In this document: piece by piece, positions 25,992-39,149 of the stretch
Numbering within the stretch: position 1 is the stretch's first letter
Layout of the letters: every line of letters starts with the position of its first letter
Assembly: GCF_006345805.1 (NCBI RefSeq)
Contig: NC_043004.1
Coordinates: forward strand, 27,528,001-27,592,000
Direction: 5' to 3'
Source: Octopus sinensis
Taxonomy: Eukaryota
Length of the DNA stretch: 64,000 nt
Notes under the pieces: generated by a model
The model's input: the letters and a program-made list of their open reading frames with translations, nothing else
What the model was told of the DNA's origin: nothing
The model's database searches: none
Translations under genes and position numbers: made by a program

Positions 25992-26069
25992 AAATGTACT
26001 GATGAAGTCACGGACACTTGAATTATGCAAGTAATTCTTTTGTTAAGACCGAAACCGAGGTATGCATTT
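25992..26069 (+). ncRNA. Hammerhead ribozyme in the inverted copy (A10.1:C11.1 mismatch)
   Basis: aaatgta-CTGATGA-agtc...gacc-GAAA-ccgagGTA-tgcattt. Confidence 0.85.
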
Positions 26070-26225
26070 AAGTCTGTTATTTATTTAATTTTTCATATGT
26101 CCTGCCCGCCAAAGTTGGTTCTGGTGTTCGCTGAATTCTTCCTCTAGAGAATTTCCCCTGTAGTTTGATCGTTGATGGTCTTCTTTTAGCATTCTGGCCG
26201 GCTACCTAGCAGGCCAGCCCTGCCA

Positions 26226-26264
<39 letters not shown>

Positions 26265-27127
26265 CCTGCTTGCTTAGCCAGTGGGGTGGCATCATTCGAA
26301 GGCTAAAACAATGCAAACGCATTGTGACCAGCGATGTGTAACAAAATCTGATGGTCTGATTAGTCACGTGATATATATATACGACAGACTTCTTTCAGTT
26401 TCCATTTACCAAATCCACTAACAAGGCTTTGGTTAGCCCAAGGCTACAGTAGAAGACACTTGCCCATTGTGCCATGCAGAGGGACTGAACCTGGAACTAT
26501 TTGGTTGGTAATCAAGCTACTTACCACATAGCCACTCCTGTACCTATACTTATTTATTCAAAAGGTTTTGAATTAGTCATGCATTATCTCATAGTTTCAA
26601 GGTTTCAATCATGTGCTTGTATATTTTTCGAATGATTTTGTAAGTTAAGTGAGAGAGGCCAGATCTGAGCAGTTTGTGCATAAAGCAAGAAGAATATTAG
26701 GGTCAGATATTGCTGGCTTAAATTCTAAAGGGTTAAAGAGAAAGATTAGGAAATTAAGGAGGATATAATATAGAGAGGACAATCAAACAGCTCATTCCAC
26801 AAGTCTATTTTGAACTGAGGTTTTTACCTGGCTTTTTACTATATTTGAAACTTGTATAGTTTACATATTGCTGTGATTTGCCACCAAACTGTTTTATATT
26901 ACTTGAGGGGTTAAACAGTTTTGGGTTTCATAATAATACTGAGAATAGCACAACTAATCACTTACGAATCTCTTCTTGGCTGCTTGCACTCTAGAAATAA
27001 CATCATAACACCATTAGACAATCCAGCCTCTAATATACTGGCTGGCCATAGCTGGAATGCATTTGATAACAAGGCTGAGATGTCACTAAACAAGTTCTCA
27101 ACAAAAATATTCCAAGTCATTTCATAG

Positions 27128-27312
27128 ATGTGTATGTATGTATGTATGTATGTATGTATGTATGTATGTATGTATGTATGTTATGGTATGTATGTATGTA
27201 TGTATGTATGTATGTATGTATGTATGTATATATATATGTATGTATAGGTATGTATGTATGTATGTATGTATGTATGTATGTATGTATGTATGTATGTATG
27301 TGTGTGTGTATG

Positions 27313-27346
<34 letters not shown>

Positions 27347-27427
27347 TGTATGTATGTATGTATGTATGTATGTATGTATGTATGTATAGGTATGTATGTG
27401 TGTATGTATGTATGTATGTATGTATGT
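27128..27427. repeat. (TATG)n microsatellite, ~300 bp
   Basis: Directly visible. Confidence 0.98.
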
Positions 27428-27916
27428 AAGTAAGAATACAAACCCCAACCTAAATTAGACATCTCAGTCAGCATCAATACCTTTTAAGACAGTCACAGGC
27501 AAATACTGACTAATGGCCAAGCAATGAGATGAGAAGTTTATTCCAGATTTAGTTTAGCTCTCAGCGATTACAATTTTTTCCTTTGTGCTGAATAGTCATC
27601 AATTCTATGTGTTTCCATCATTTGCAACACCCATTAACAAATTGCTGGTTCAATCATTTGCTCATATTTATGAATATTCTACTCCTCATGTCTTTTCTCA
27701 TAGCCATCTGCAGAACTAGGAATAAGAATAATGTAAAACTGTATGTGGGTAATAATTATAATCAACAGAATGTTTCTTAAGACAAAATTTCTGCTAATAC
27801 CATAACAATAAAAAAAATAAAACTTTGCATTAAATAATCTCCACGTGCTCAGCATTATTGGTTAATTACTTCTCAGCAACTGGCTAACTCTTCAAACCTA
27901 TTAAAGCATAATAAAG

Positions 27917-28220
27917 TTTGTTCCTTCTCGAGCCATGCCAGGCTCATAAGGGCCGGTTTCCCAGTTTCCTTGGCATATAGGTTCCCTACCTGAACGGAAC
28001 ACCGGTCCATCGCAGGTGAGCTGCAAGATGCTGGAGGAGAGAGTGAGAGAAAGTTGAGGCGAAAGAGTCAGGAGAAGTTTGCCATTACCTTCTGCTGGAG
28101 GCGCGTTGAGCTTAGGTGTTTTCGCTCATAAACACACACATTGCCCAGTCTGAGATTCAAACCCATGATCCCTCGACTTTGAATCCGCCGCTCTAACCAC
28201 TAGGCCATGTGCCTCCACCA
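27917..28220 (-). mobile_element. tRNA-derived SINE family C, tail type 3, with 14-bp TSD
   Basis: Head gtggaggcacatggcctagtggttagagcggcgga; aaagcataataaag at 27903-27916 and 28221-28234. Confidence 0.88.
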
Positions 28221-28289
28221 AAAGCATAATAAAGCATATACATATATTATATCAAAGCAAATACTGAACTGAGAAAGATTTCTTGCCAA

Positions 28290-28590
28290 GTAACAGGCAT
28301 ATTGAATGATACATATGAGAGTTAGACATGAGCTGTAAGTGTGGATGACCTGTGAAGACTAGAAGGAAATGAAGAGAACATGATCCACTGGAAGTATGCA
28401 TCTATGGCAAAGTGCAAATGTGTTGAGAGAAAAACTGGGCATAAAAGGTAGGGTGCAAGAGAGAAGATTGATTGTGCTGGTATGGAGATGTGAAGTGTAT
28501 GGATGCTAGCAGTTATATAAAGAAGTGCCCACCACTAAATGTAGATGAAATGAAAACTGTGGAATGGGGAGACTCAGGAAAATGATTAAG
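28290..28590 (+). mobile_element. Degenerate RTE fragment
   Basis: Similar to 11870-12150. Confidence 0.6.
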
Positions 28591-29513
28591 GACCATTTTC
28601 ATTGGTGTTTCACAGTAGTCAAGAAGACTTGCCCAGCCATACTCACATACTGAAACTGAGGTTTTCTAAATATGATATTTATGCACACTATACACATAAC
28701 TTAGCCCCCTTTCCCTCCACCTAGATAACTTGGTCCTTCTCACAAGCCACTTCCTCACGCTTATCCTCAATGATCTTCCACCTATGTTTGTATCTATTTT
28801 TCACTCCCTCTCACTCACAACCTTTGACCTCCCACTGTCACTTCCCATTAACATTCATTCCTCATTCTAACTGTTGATGACCCTATCCTCTCCCTCTCGC
28901 TATCATCATCTACCTTTCCTCTTTCCTCCATTTACAACCTTTTAACTCCCTCCCCCACCCCCCCATCACTCTCATATCTCCTGTATTATTCTGCTGCTAT
29001 GAGAAATGAAAGCAGTACCTGTTATTTTAAACAATACAATATCATCATCTCTGTATTGTTTGTCACCTCTCTCTCTCTTTCTCCATCTCTCTCTCTCTCT
29101 CTCCATTATACTATTCCTAATCAGCATCCCTCATTCGGATCATACCACTTGCATTGACCACCCCCACCCATGTTCACCATACACTACAATCTGTATACAT
29201 CTGTCCTTCTTCATCCTAAGTCTTACACTCTTACCCATCTCTCTTCCTGCTTCTTCTGTATCCACACTCTCTGGAACATGCTACCTTGTCACAGTATTTA
29301 CCTCTTTTGAGCCCCACTCCAGCCTTTCTTCCCTCCACCCATGTAATATGCAATCTATTATTTGTGCATTATCATTGTCGTTTCTTTCTGTGATTGCTCT
29401 AAGTATATTTGTGTGTCATTTTGCTTTCTTTACTCAGTCTTCGTGGCTGCTGTTCTATACCTGTTATTCAAGGGGTTTCTTAAGTGTTTTTTTTCAAGCT
29501 TGTTGTTGTGGAG

Positions 29514-29710
29514 TCAGGTTTCTTCTATATTATATAAGTGGGGTTGAAGTAGTTGTATTTCATTATCTGGAGAATGGTGAAAGGATATAAGTATGATGCC
29601 ATTTGTGTATGAGACTATGTGTATGATTGGAAGTGATATGGGAAAGATGTTTAGATAAAAGTTAAAAAGAGCAGGTGAGAAGATGAATTCTTGAGGTACT
29701 CTAAGCATAA
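29514..29710 (-). pseudogene. Degenerate non-LTR RT fragment
   Basis: RVPQEFIFSPALFNFYL...SYTNG resembles GVPQGS.LSP.LFN.Y...YADD. Confidence 0.6.
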
Positions 29711-29940
29711 GTATCTGTAATATGTTAGAAGTGATTAGATAAACTATGTTTTATCTTAAAACACTTTGTAGTGGACCAAGAATATCTGTAAATGTTCTTA
29801 GAAATTACTTATATTAATGTTAGAAATATATTTTTATTATAAACAATGATAATAATTACTGGTGGAAATTAATTATCACCATTGCCAGAAATTTGAATTT
29901 TTAATGTAAACCGTCAGTATGATTAAAGCCTGAGAACTTT

Positions 29941-29946
29941 ATAATT

Positions 29947-30026
<80 letters not shown>

Positions 30027-30478
30027 TATTATTATTGAGTGAGAGAGCAGTGCATGCCATCAAAGTGACACTGGGGTAAAATATATGAAGCCCAGTATAC
30101 CCATCATAACTACCCATCTGATAAGGGTATACTAGGCACATGCATCACAACCATATATGCACAAGTCTGGACAAGATTGTTTATGGAAGACCAGCAGTCA
30201 CACATGCATACCAGCCTCTCCTCTCAACACCATTAATGTTATCCAAGGGAAAGGCAAAAGCCGATACAGCTTGGCACTTGTGATTTCACAACTCATTTCT
30301 ACAGCTGAGCATATGCGGGCACCTACATGCACACCTACAAAATACTACTGAGTGAACTGGAGCAAAGGGAAATAAAGTGTCTTGCTCAAGAACACAACAC
30401 ACAGCCTGGTTCAGGAATCAAACTGACAACTTCATGACTGTGAGCCTGATGCTCTAACCACAGAGTCATGTGCCTTTA
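29941..30478 (-). mobile_element. tRNA-derived SINE with long (AAT)n tail
   Basis: Head-like gtggttagagcatcaggctcac...gtttgattcc on the minus strand; (ATT)n at 29941-30036. Confidence 0.7.
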
Positions 30479-30497
30479 CAACCCACTGATAAAGTGT

Positions 30498-30544
<47 letters not shown>

Positions 30545-32254
30545 TGTGTGCGTGTGTGTGTTTGTGAGTGTGTATGTGTGTGTATACACACATTTATATA
30601 TATATGTATGTATGTATGTAGATAGAACATCAAACAGCTAATTGGAAATAATTAAAAGTTGATGGAAACTTAATAATGCACAATAACTAATATTATATTA
30701 ATTATATCCCCAAGCACAGGAGATAATTCTAAACATATTTTGGTCTTATTATTCAGTAAATCAAAGACGTACTTTTTAAAGTATTTTAAAGATAATTTAT
30801 TCTGTAAACTGTACAAAGATCTTCATCTCAGTAATCACACCGGTTTCACTCTACAAATAACTGAGTGCAAACTGATGCCAATTTTTGTTAAACTTTTTTG
30901 TGGAATTAGTTTCTACAGTTTCACCTAATAGTAAGACTATAGTCTTACTATAGCCTTCAGTAAAGGACATGCAAAATAGTTTCCCCATACATCATCAGGA
31001 TCCAATTACCTTTCTGGTCCAAGGTGCTGAATGTGAGTTGTATCAGGCACAGTTTATTTCCATAATGCCACTCCAGCCCTTGATGCCTTCGTCAGGAACT
31101 GTATCTGAATATTAATAAGCTAAACCTGATCAAAGTCCCCACTCATTACAGCCAATTGTGATGGTTTATTTGTTGGTCATGTTGCAACGCAAAGAATTTA
31201 ATAACTCCTTGCACTGAATGATGTGTGTTGTTGGATATTATCTGCTACATCACCATCGCCACCACCATCAACCCCACCCCTTGCATCACTATCACTCTCC
31301 CCATTGTTACTGGCACAATCACCATCACTACCATCACTACCACCATCACCATCACTATCACCACCATTTTTTGTAGAAGCATTTTAAAATAATTACAATT
31401 TATTTATCATTTTGGTTATTTTTACTTCTATTTGCATTAGGTTGCATTTTAAATTATAATTTATTTCATCCATTTTGTTTGACAATATTTTTGTATGTTT
31501 TTAGATACTTTTTAATTATTTTTGATTTTATTTTTTCATTTGTAATTACTAATTTACTTATGCATACACATACACACACATATGTGTTTATGCATGTACA
31601 CACACACACACATTCACTTAAATATTTTCAATTACATTGTCACTGACAGAATCACTACTTTCACAATAACACTGCAATTGTCAAGTGAAATATTCCAACT
31701 AAACTCTCATTATCTCATCAAAATTAATTTTTAAAAAATCAGCCTTTTTATTTTCTATTAATGATTATCCACTCCACCAACTGCCATTTCTCTCATTTAC
31801 TCACTAACTCTCCCTTTCTTTTGGTATGCGTCTCTCCCTTTATCTTTATCTTCTCCTTTCTCTCCTGCTCTTCTCCCTTTCTCCTTATATATAATCATCT
31901 GCTTATTTTGCTTTATGTCCTATTTCCCATGTTTGCATGGGTTAGATTAGCACAATATTGTTTTACAAATACATATCCTAAAGCACAGGTGTGGTTAAGC
32001 ACAAGCATGGATGTGTGGTTGAGAAGCTTGCTTCCCAATATGTGTTAGGTGTCTAGTTCAGTTCCACTGTATGGCACCTTGGGTAAGGGTCTTCTACTAT
32101 AGTTCCAGAGCAATCAAAGTCTTGTGCATGGATTTGATAGGGAGAAACTGAAAGAAGCTTATCACTATCACCATTGCTACCATTACAACCACCATCACCA
32201 TCACTATATAATATAATCTTATATATATATATATATAATCTTATATATATATAT

Positions 32255-32568
32255 ACTCTTTACTCTTTTTACTCTTTTACTTGTTTCAGTCATTTGACTG
32301 CGGCCATGCTGGAGCACCGCCTTTTAGTTGAGCAAATCGACCCCAGGACATATTCTTTAATAGAGTACTTACTCTATCGGTCTCTTTTCAGAGCTGCTAA
32401 GTTACGGGGACATAAACACACCACTATCAGTTGTCAAGCAATGTTGGGGGGGGGGGCAAACACAGACATACAAATATATATACATATATACGATGGGCTT
32501 CTTTCAGTTTCCATCTACCAAATCAACTCACAGATGTTGGTCGGTCCGAGGCTATAGTAGAAGACACA
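32255..32568 (-). mobile_element. SINE family A, head truncated by the adjacent insertion
   Basis: Homologous to 2467-2790. A separate plus-strand head lies at ~31985-32160. Confidence 0.82.
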
Positions 32569-32585
32569 GGGGCGTTCAATAAGTA

Positions 32586-32930
32586 ATGCCTCTGACCCAC
32601 TTGCCTAAAACATACATTGGAAGCACATCGTTAGAGTTATCTAAAAGAATTTCTATCCATTACTCAACATTTAGGGATAGAAATAAACGGAATAGTACCG
32701 GTCTCAGCAAACTGATTTGGGATTTAAAAGACCACAATGAACAATTTCATTTAGAATGGTTGATTCTCTCAATTTCGATACCATATGACAAAGGCAAGAA
32801 ATTCTGTTTTCTCTGCAATTCTGAGCTATTTTTCATTATTTTTCCTAAAAATACTCTAGTAAACACGGTTATAGAGCGAGCATACAGATGTAAGCATTGG
32901 CAAAAACATACATTTAGTGCATATAAGTAG
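32586..32930 (+). pseudogene. 5'-truncated PLE GIY-YIG endonuclease, C-terminal part still open
   Basis: KTYIGSTSLELSKRISIH...LSKLIW...CFLCNSE...RCKH, ending at its own stop codon. Confidence 0.88.
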
Positions 32931-33131
32931 TCTCTATCATTATATATAATTTAAACTTTAATTTCCTTTATATTTAACATTCACTATTAATATCCCTACT
33001 CTTTCTGTTTGCTACTTATGACGTTATATCATATAACGTTTTTTTAAACAATATTAATAGCGTTCTGTCTATCGCTATACAAATCCATCATTTTTTGCTA
33101 AAATGTCTTATTGACGATTTTCGTTTTTTTC

Positions 33132-33217
33132 ACTTTCCTGAGGAGATGATTGCATTGTTTATACCATTTATTCTTTTGAATAGTATCAGTGGAATTTTCG
33201 AAACATGTGTCGAAAGT
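33132..33217 (+). ncRNA. Type I hammerhead ribozyme downstream of the PLE endonuclease ORF (intact core)
   Basis: actttc-CTGAGGA-g...tattc tttt gaata...c-GAAA-c atgt-GTC-gaaagt. 6-bp stem I, long stem II, palindromic ACATGT stem III, GUC triplet. Confidence 0.9.
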
Positions 33218-33258
33218 AAAAATATTTGATTACACCTGCGTTAACTCCATTATTTATT

Positions 33259-33293
<35 letters not shown>

Positions 33294-33474
33294 TATATAT
33301 ACATGTTTATATATTTGTTGTGCAAGTCACAGGAGTGTGACGAAAGAACTCTGGCCGAAATAAGATTAAGATTAATGTAAAAAATAAATAACACTGAAGC
33401 AAAATAACACCAAATATATAGTGCGTGTGTTTTTATTGGCTAAACTGGAAAAATGACCATTCCAAAATATAACA

Positions 33475-33507
<33 letters not shown>

Positions 33508-35876
33508 ATTATATATGTTATATACATACACTCACACACGTGTGTCTGTGTGATTTTGATTGATAATATGAATTAGAAAATTTCAAGAAATTTTGCCATT
33601 ATTTTTACTCCAATAATCAACGTTGTTTCTTGTGTAACAACATTTACTTCTCGTTCAACAGCTTCTAAACAAGCTTTCTATTTTTTGAAATCAGAAATTT
33701 GGATTACTATTTTGAAACTAGAAATTTTCCAAGAATATTTCTTTGTGTCTTGAAATAACTTTTGTATTTTAGTAATTTTTCCAGACACCAGAATAGTGTA
33801 TTCATTAGTAAGCATAGAGATTATATGCATGCTTAATAAAAATTGAGATTAAAAAATATCAAAGTGTTCATTGGTCCAGAAGATGTTACTGTTCTCAATT
33901 ACAATTTTTTTTTAATCCTCTTAGGAGAGAAATACTATAGCACACTCACACTAATGGAATATGTTCTGTCCTGGTGTGAACAAATTGGCATTGATATGGA
34001 CTGCTGTTTATGGATGTTAATCAACAAGTAATCATTATTATATAATTTGAATGCCACAGATTGGCAGAATCACCACAATGACATATAAAGTCTCTACTAG
34101 TTTCCTTTTTATTCCCTGGGATTCTGATTTTGCTGATGTGGTCTTTGTGAGACCATAATATAAACAGTTTCCAATACACTGTTCCTCCATATATATATAT
34201 GTAACCATATAACTTGTTGCCTATTGTGTCTCTCTCTAAATGTGTAATATTATTGATAAAATGAAATACAATTTAAACAAATATTATATTCAGATGTCTT
34301 TGATTTTTCAGATTGAAAACAGAGAAAAGGTTTAAAGGAAAAATCATAATTAGATATATATAAGAGTGTGTAGAGCAGTGTTTTGTAAATAGTGCACTGT
34401 TGTGCACTAGTGTTATCCTAAACAGGTACCTAGTTGTATTGCAGATTTTAAAATATATAATCTTTTTAACTTTAAGAAATCAATACTTAATGCCTAGGGA
34501 TCCAGGCATTATGCATTGTGAAGCTGAATGGCATAGTGTTCTGGGTTTTGCACTCACAATTGCATCAAACAAGACATTGAAGTCACCTTTAGTACTTTAA
34601 ACAACCTGGGTTTTCTCCTTTGAAATATCAGCACATTGATGTGAATTCTTTGAGTTCATGTTGTCTCTTATTTGCTGCCATCTGATATTTTTCTTCCACC
34701 TTCGGCTTTTACTATGCTCTAGTCAGATAGCATCCAAGATGCTTTAACTACCACTCTTGTGGCTACTAGGCCTTCTGGTATGTACTGCTATTCTGGTTGA
34801 CTGACATTACATTCCATCAATGAGTTACAAACTTCAAGGATCATTAGGAAGCAGATGATCCTATAGACTCCACCTGACAAAGTATTACTGTGGGTTACCT
34901 CTGCACTAACCATAAGCACACAAAGGTGAGAACAAACCAATGATTGAAGTTTAGGCCAATATCTCTAACTGTGATTGTTCAGACCCTTATACTGTGGAAT
35001 TATCCTGTGAGCAAGCATGCGGCACATCAGCTCTACTTGTCTTTTCACTTCATCATCAGTTTCCAGAACTAAGCACATGCTTCCATATGCATTGTACGGA
35101 CTGATGGAATACATGTCCTGTCATTTATCAGAACTTTCTTTAACTCTTCCTTTGTAGATGTGTGGAAGCACTCTTCCATTCCTTTTGAATTTGACAAGCA
35201 AGGAGGAACTGTTCTTTATGACATACCTTGCATGTCACATTTTTTATCCCATAAGATTGGCAAAAGATTAAATATTTCTGCTGTTGATGGTGCTGTCATC
35301 ATTTTTTATCTCCCATAAAAAAAAAACCTATGTAATTTGCACACCTGAGTATCAAAATTTTAATCCTTTTCACATTTATAAAATGTTAAGCAAACTTGAA
35401 AATTTGTCATTACCATTATTGTCAGTATGGGCAGAACTTATAAATCATTTACTGTGTAGGAGAAAGTAAATATGTTGAATATGCATTTGAACCTGGCAAT
35501 AGAGATGCCTGAAGGCATTTTAATGTTAATGAAGCCAATGTTCAAAATTGGAGTAAACAGTACAACAAACTTAAAACTGTGCCTAGTAATAAACAGACAA
35601 AAATGAAAACATACAATCAAGATTATCCATATCATTACATTTTTTTCCATTTAGGAATATCAATAACATTAGGTATGTCAATTATTATGTCATTAGGTGC
35701 TCCATTATGATAAATAGAAACTTCAAGCAATGTAAAATATAGCCTGGACTGTGTTTACCAGCAAGAACATCAGACTTCAAAAAATAGTTAATCAATTTAA
35801 TGGTTTTAGGGAATTTATACAGAAAAAGCAAGCGTTATACCATCCAGCATAAATAAAAGTCAACTTCATTATATTT

Positions 35877-36031
35877 ACCATATTTTAACGAGTATAAGGA
35901 ACCCTTTTTGCAAAAAATTAGGTTAAAAATAGTTTTCTTATACATGGATAGTATTACAATCCCTTACAAAACATTTTTCCAAATTTTAGACACCAAAAAT
36001 TAAGGGGTTCTTGATACATGTTAAAATAGGT
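35877..36031. mobile_element. Tc1/pogo-type MITE
   Basis: Imperfect TIRs taccatattttaacgagtataaggaacc / ggttcttgatacatgttaaaataggta. Confidence 0.55.
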
Positions 36032-37193
36032 AAGCCATTATTTTTTCTGTAAAAACCTATTCTGACATTAAACGAGTCAAAATCTGGTATGAATGCTTAT
36101 GTTTTGTACGTCGTTTTTTAAAAAAAAAAAATTTTTTTTTAAATTCTGGAAATGATCTGCTCATGTAATTTATGTACCCACTAAACTTAATTTTTATTTT
36201 TGTGAAAAAAGTGTGTAAATTACATGGGTTTTTACGGTATTTTCATTCAAATCATAGTCCACCTCAACATGTTCCTTTTAGTGAGTGTGTATGTGTGCCT
36301 TGTACAAATGAGTTTCTAAGCTTCAAGCTGTCTCCATATTAGATATTTTGAAGCTTGTTTGTTTATTTTAGCCCTGCTGCTGTTACTACCACCACCACCA
36401 CCACCACCACCACCACTACTACTACTACTACTACTTTTATTTATCTTATAATCTTCCAAAATGTTTCAAATATTTTGAAAACATTTGGTGGTAAAAAAAC
36501 GAACTAAAATAAAAAAAGAAATTTCTTTCATGAAATAATCCTGCGAGCATATCATTTGTTGTTTATTAACCTAAAAGTTAATTGCATACAAACAACAAAA
36601 ATTAAAGGGTGAAAGCTAGAAAAATGGGGATCAACAAGAAAAAGTTATATACAACTAAAAGCATAGACAAAGATGTTATACTATGAAGTGCATTAAATAT
36701 TTAACCAAAAAGATAGAGTAAATACACAATTTTAAGAAAATCAACAATAGAAATCAAATGTAATTTACTTAAAGATACATGACCCACAAGCTGGCAAAAA
36801 CTCACTAGCTATGTTGACTTAGAGCATTCTATGGCATTTCAATTAATAATCAATGGCCACTCATTGAATTTTCTATGACTTAACTTCTCCCATATGGTAT
36901 TTGACTGGCTACAAATTGGTCCCCATCCTTTGGAAAATTGCACAGTAGTTGTTCATAGACTGGCCCTGTGGACTTCCTTAGACATCTACTATTTGAGTAT
37001 TCAAGAAAAATTACAACTCCTTTCTTTTTCAGTTCGTTGTGAGGGTTATTTGGTTGGTGTGATGTGGAGCTGATAAATGAAGCTACATTTCATTGACTGC
37101 ATGAATAATAACCAAAACGACTCACAAACGTTTAACTGAATTTTTATTGCCAGACATAAAGATATTTGGTGTTGGCTATTTACAATGAACTGG

Positions 37194-37237
<44 letters not shown>

Positions 37238-39149
37238 TGCTCTGAAATTATAGAAAGCTATCTGTGTGACATGGTTGGCCCCAAAATATACAAAGTCAAC
37301 TGTGCAAATCTCCATGGCAACAAAGGTCCTTGGCTGTCTTCTCTTGGCCACTTATGTTCTATACTGCACATCAAATGGTTTTTATAAGGGACCTGAAGCC
37401 AAAATCTAGAATGATTAAGAAAACCATATCACACCACAGCCTCATGCTGATTGGTCAACTGATAGACTGTTCACATGAAACTCTAGTAGTTTGCTTGTGG
37501 TGCCTGATCATCAAGTGGTTGAGGTTTCAAATCACTGTTACAAGTTCTTTGTTTTGCAAAGAATTGTGACTTTCGTTCATCATGGAGTAAGAGGTAATCC
37601 TCCTTTAAATTTCTTACTTTTTTTGTCTTCTTGTCACTGTTCATATTGAAAATTAGTTGATCTAAAAGTGCTCATTGTTGTGATTTTTGTCATGTGTGTT
37701 GGTGGGGAGAGTGAATGTGGCACAAGGCATCCTGATAAACCAGTTTTAAATTACCATAGTTAATTACTGTAGTCTTCATCAACAATCTATCTTGAATTCT
37801 TTTGGCCTTATTTTGCCCCTCTCCAATAAGCACTTTGTTCTCATTATCTTCGTGATGGAGGTCTTCAATTAGTTTCATGAAGAAAGGATTGATGCCTTAC
37901 ACAACCATGAAGAACACATCCCAGGAAAGGGTTTCCTCTTTTCATGTTCTTGCTTTCACTTGGAATAGGTTCTTCTTTAGAGGAACATTTATATTTACAG
38001 CTTTTGTCCTGTCTTTGATAATCTATTGACCTGACTCACTTTCAATATTCTCTTCCTTGTTGCTAGGTGATGGTGTGGTACTACCGATTTCAGTCAAGGG
38101 AATGGACCCTGGTTGTCAATATCTTGTCTTATAGGGAGTCAGTTTCCTCAATCATCTTCAGAGCTACAACTGTTGGAGCAAGTGATGCTACAGTGAGACG
38201 GCAGCCTCTGAGACATTGTTGGTTCTGCTACTCTTCACCTCTCTCTTTCTCACTTTAGAAAACTGCAAGACATTTTGTACTGTCATCAGTGTAACAGCTG
38301 AGCTGACACCGAAGATGGAATTCAGCTCTGGAATACCATTGTAATTTTTAGAGATTACCAGGGTTTGTACTTTTCAAATTGACTCCTCCTGGGGTTCCTT
38401 ATGATTTCTGCACCTACCAGCAGCACATATTGTGCTATGAAGAAGACAATGAACTAAAGACCATTATCATTGCTAAAACTGTTCACTTCCACCTTTGTGT
38501 TTCACTGGTCCATCTACTATGGAATGGTGTTGCAGCTCACTGATCCTGAACACCAGACTTGCAGTATTATAAGCCTTGCCTCACTCGATGAATGAAATGC
38601 TGGTTCATATGCTGTCCACTGCTGCTTTTAGTTGATATTTTGACAACTTAGAGAAAATTATTCCACCTTTCAAAAAGCAGCATAACTTCTTCAGATAAAG
38701 AGAGACAGTTTTTTGTTTCATAATTCTTCCACAACACTTTCTTCGACTCAAATCTGTCCAGTTCAGAGAGATAATGGGGTAACACTGTAGTAAATCCCCA
38801 AAAGTATTATTTCTTTTTCAAATTATCAAAAGTTCAAAAGTTTAAAATGGTCTAACAGTTCTTTTTTTTTTTTGAGAGGTAGATAGATAGATAGATAGAT
38901 AGATAGATATAGATAGATAGATGGATGCATACATACATACATACATACATACATACATACAAAGAGGGGACCTACTGGTAGTGTGTGGTCTGTGCAAAGC
39001 CTTGTTGTAAGTTCTAGGGCTAATGGGCTTAGTTAGTGCTTTTGGATCTATAATCCTTCATCAGACTTTATGTTATTACTGTTGGTGTCGATGTTTACTA
39101 CTGCTGGTATTGGTGTTTATTACTGCTGGCATTGGTTAGAGGTTCCAGA

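Larger units (their letters stand above)
24644..26232. mobile_element. Tandem 546/545-bp units (2 full + partial third to 25866) followed by an inverted partial copy (25867-26232); PLE pseudo-LTR / retrozyme-like array
   Basis: attgaggg at 24655, 25201 and 25746; only a handful of differences between copies; (TA)n on both flanks; one HHR in each full unit and in the inverted copy. Confidence 0.92.
24290..26544 (-). mobile_element. SINE family A split in its internal (TA)n by the HHR array (3' half 24290-24500, 5' half 26378-26544)
   Basis: The two halves are collinear, on the same strand, and join to make one family-A copy. Confidence 0.8.

Noticed and set aside
24968-26017. Three near-identical 70-76 aa ORFs (MSVTSSVHLVLEMQ...)
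   Set aside because: They are antisense to the hammerhead, start at GTG, have no recognisable motif and are repeated only because the unit is repeated.
29006-29590. 194-aa hydrophobic ORF
   Set aside because: Pyrimidine-rich low-complexity sequence, partly antisense to a decayed LINE; no domain.
36780-38800. Possible BEL/Pao-like RNase H/integrase remnants on the minus strand
   Set aside because: Only faint motif echoes (DF.YFG, IPEL); too degenerate to call without an HMM search.
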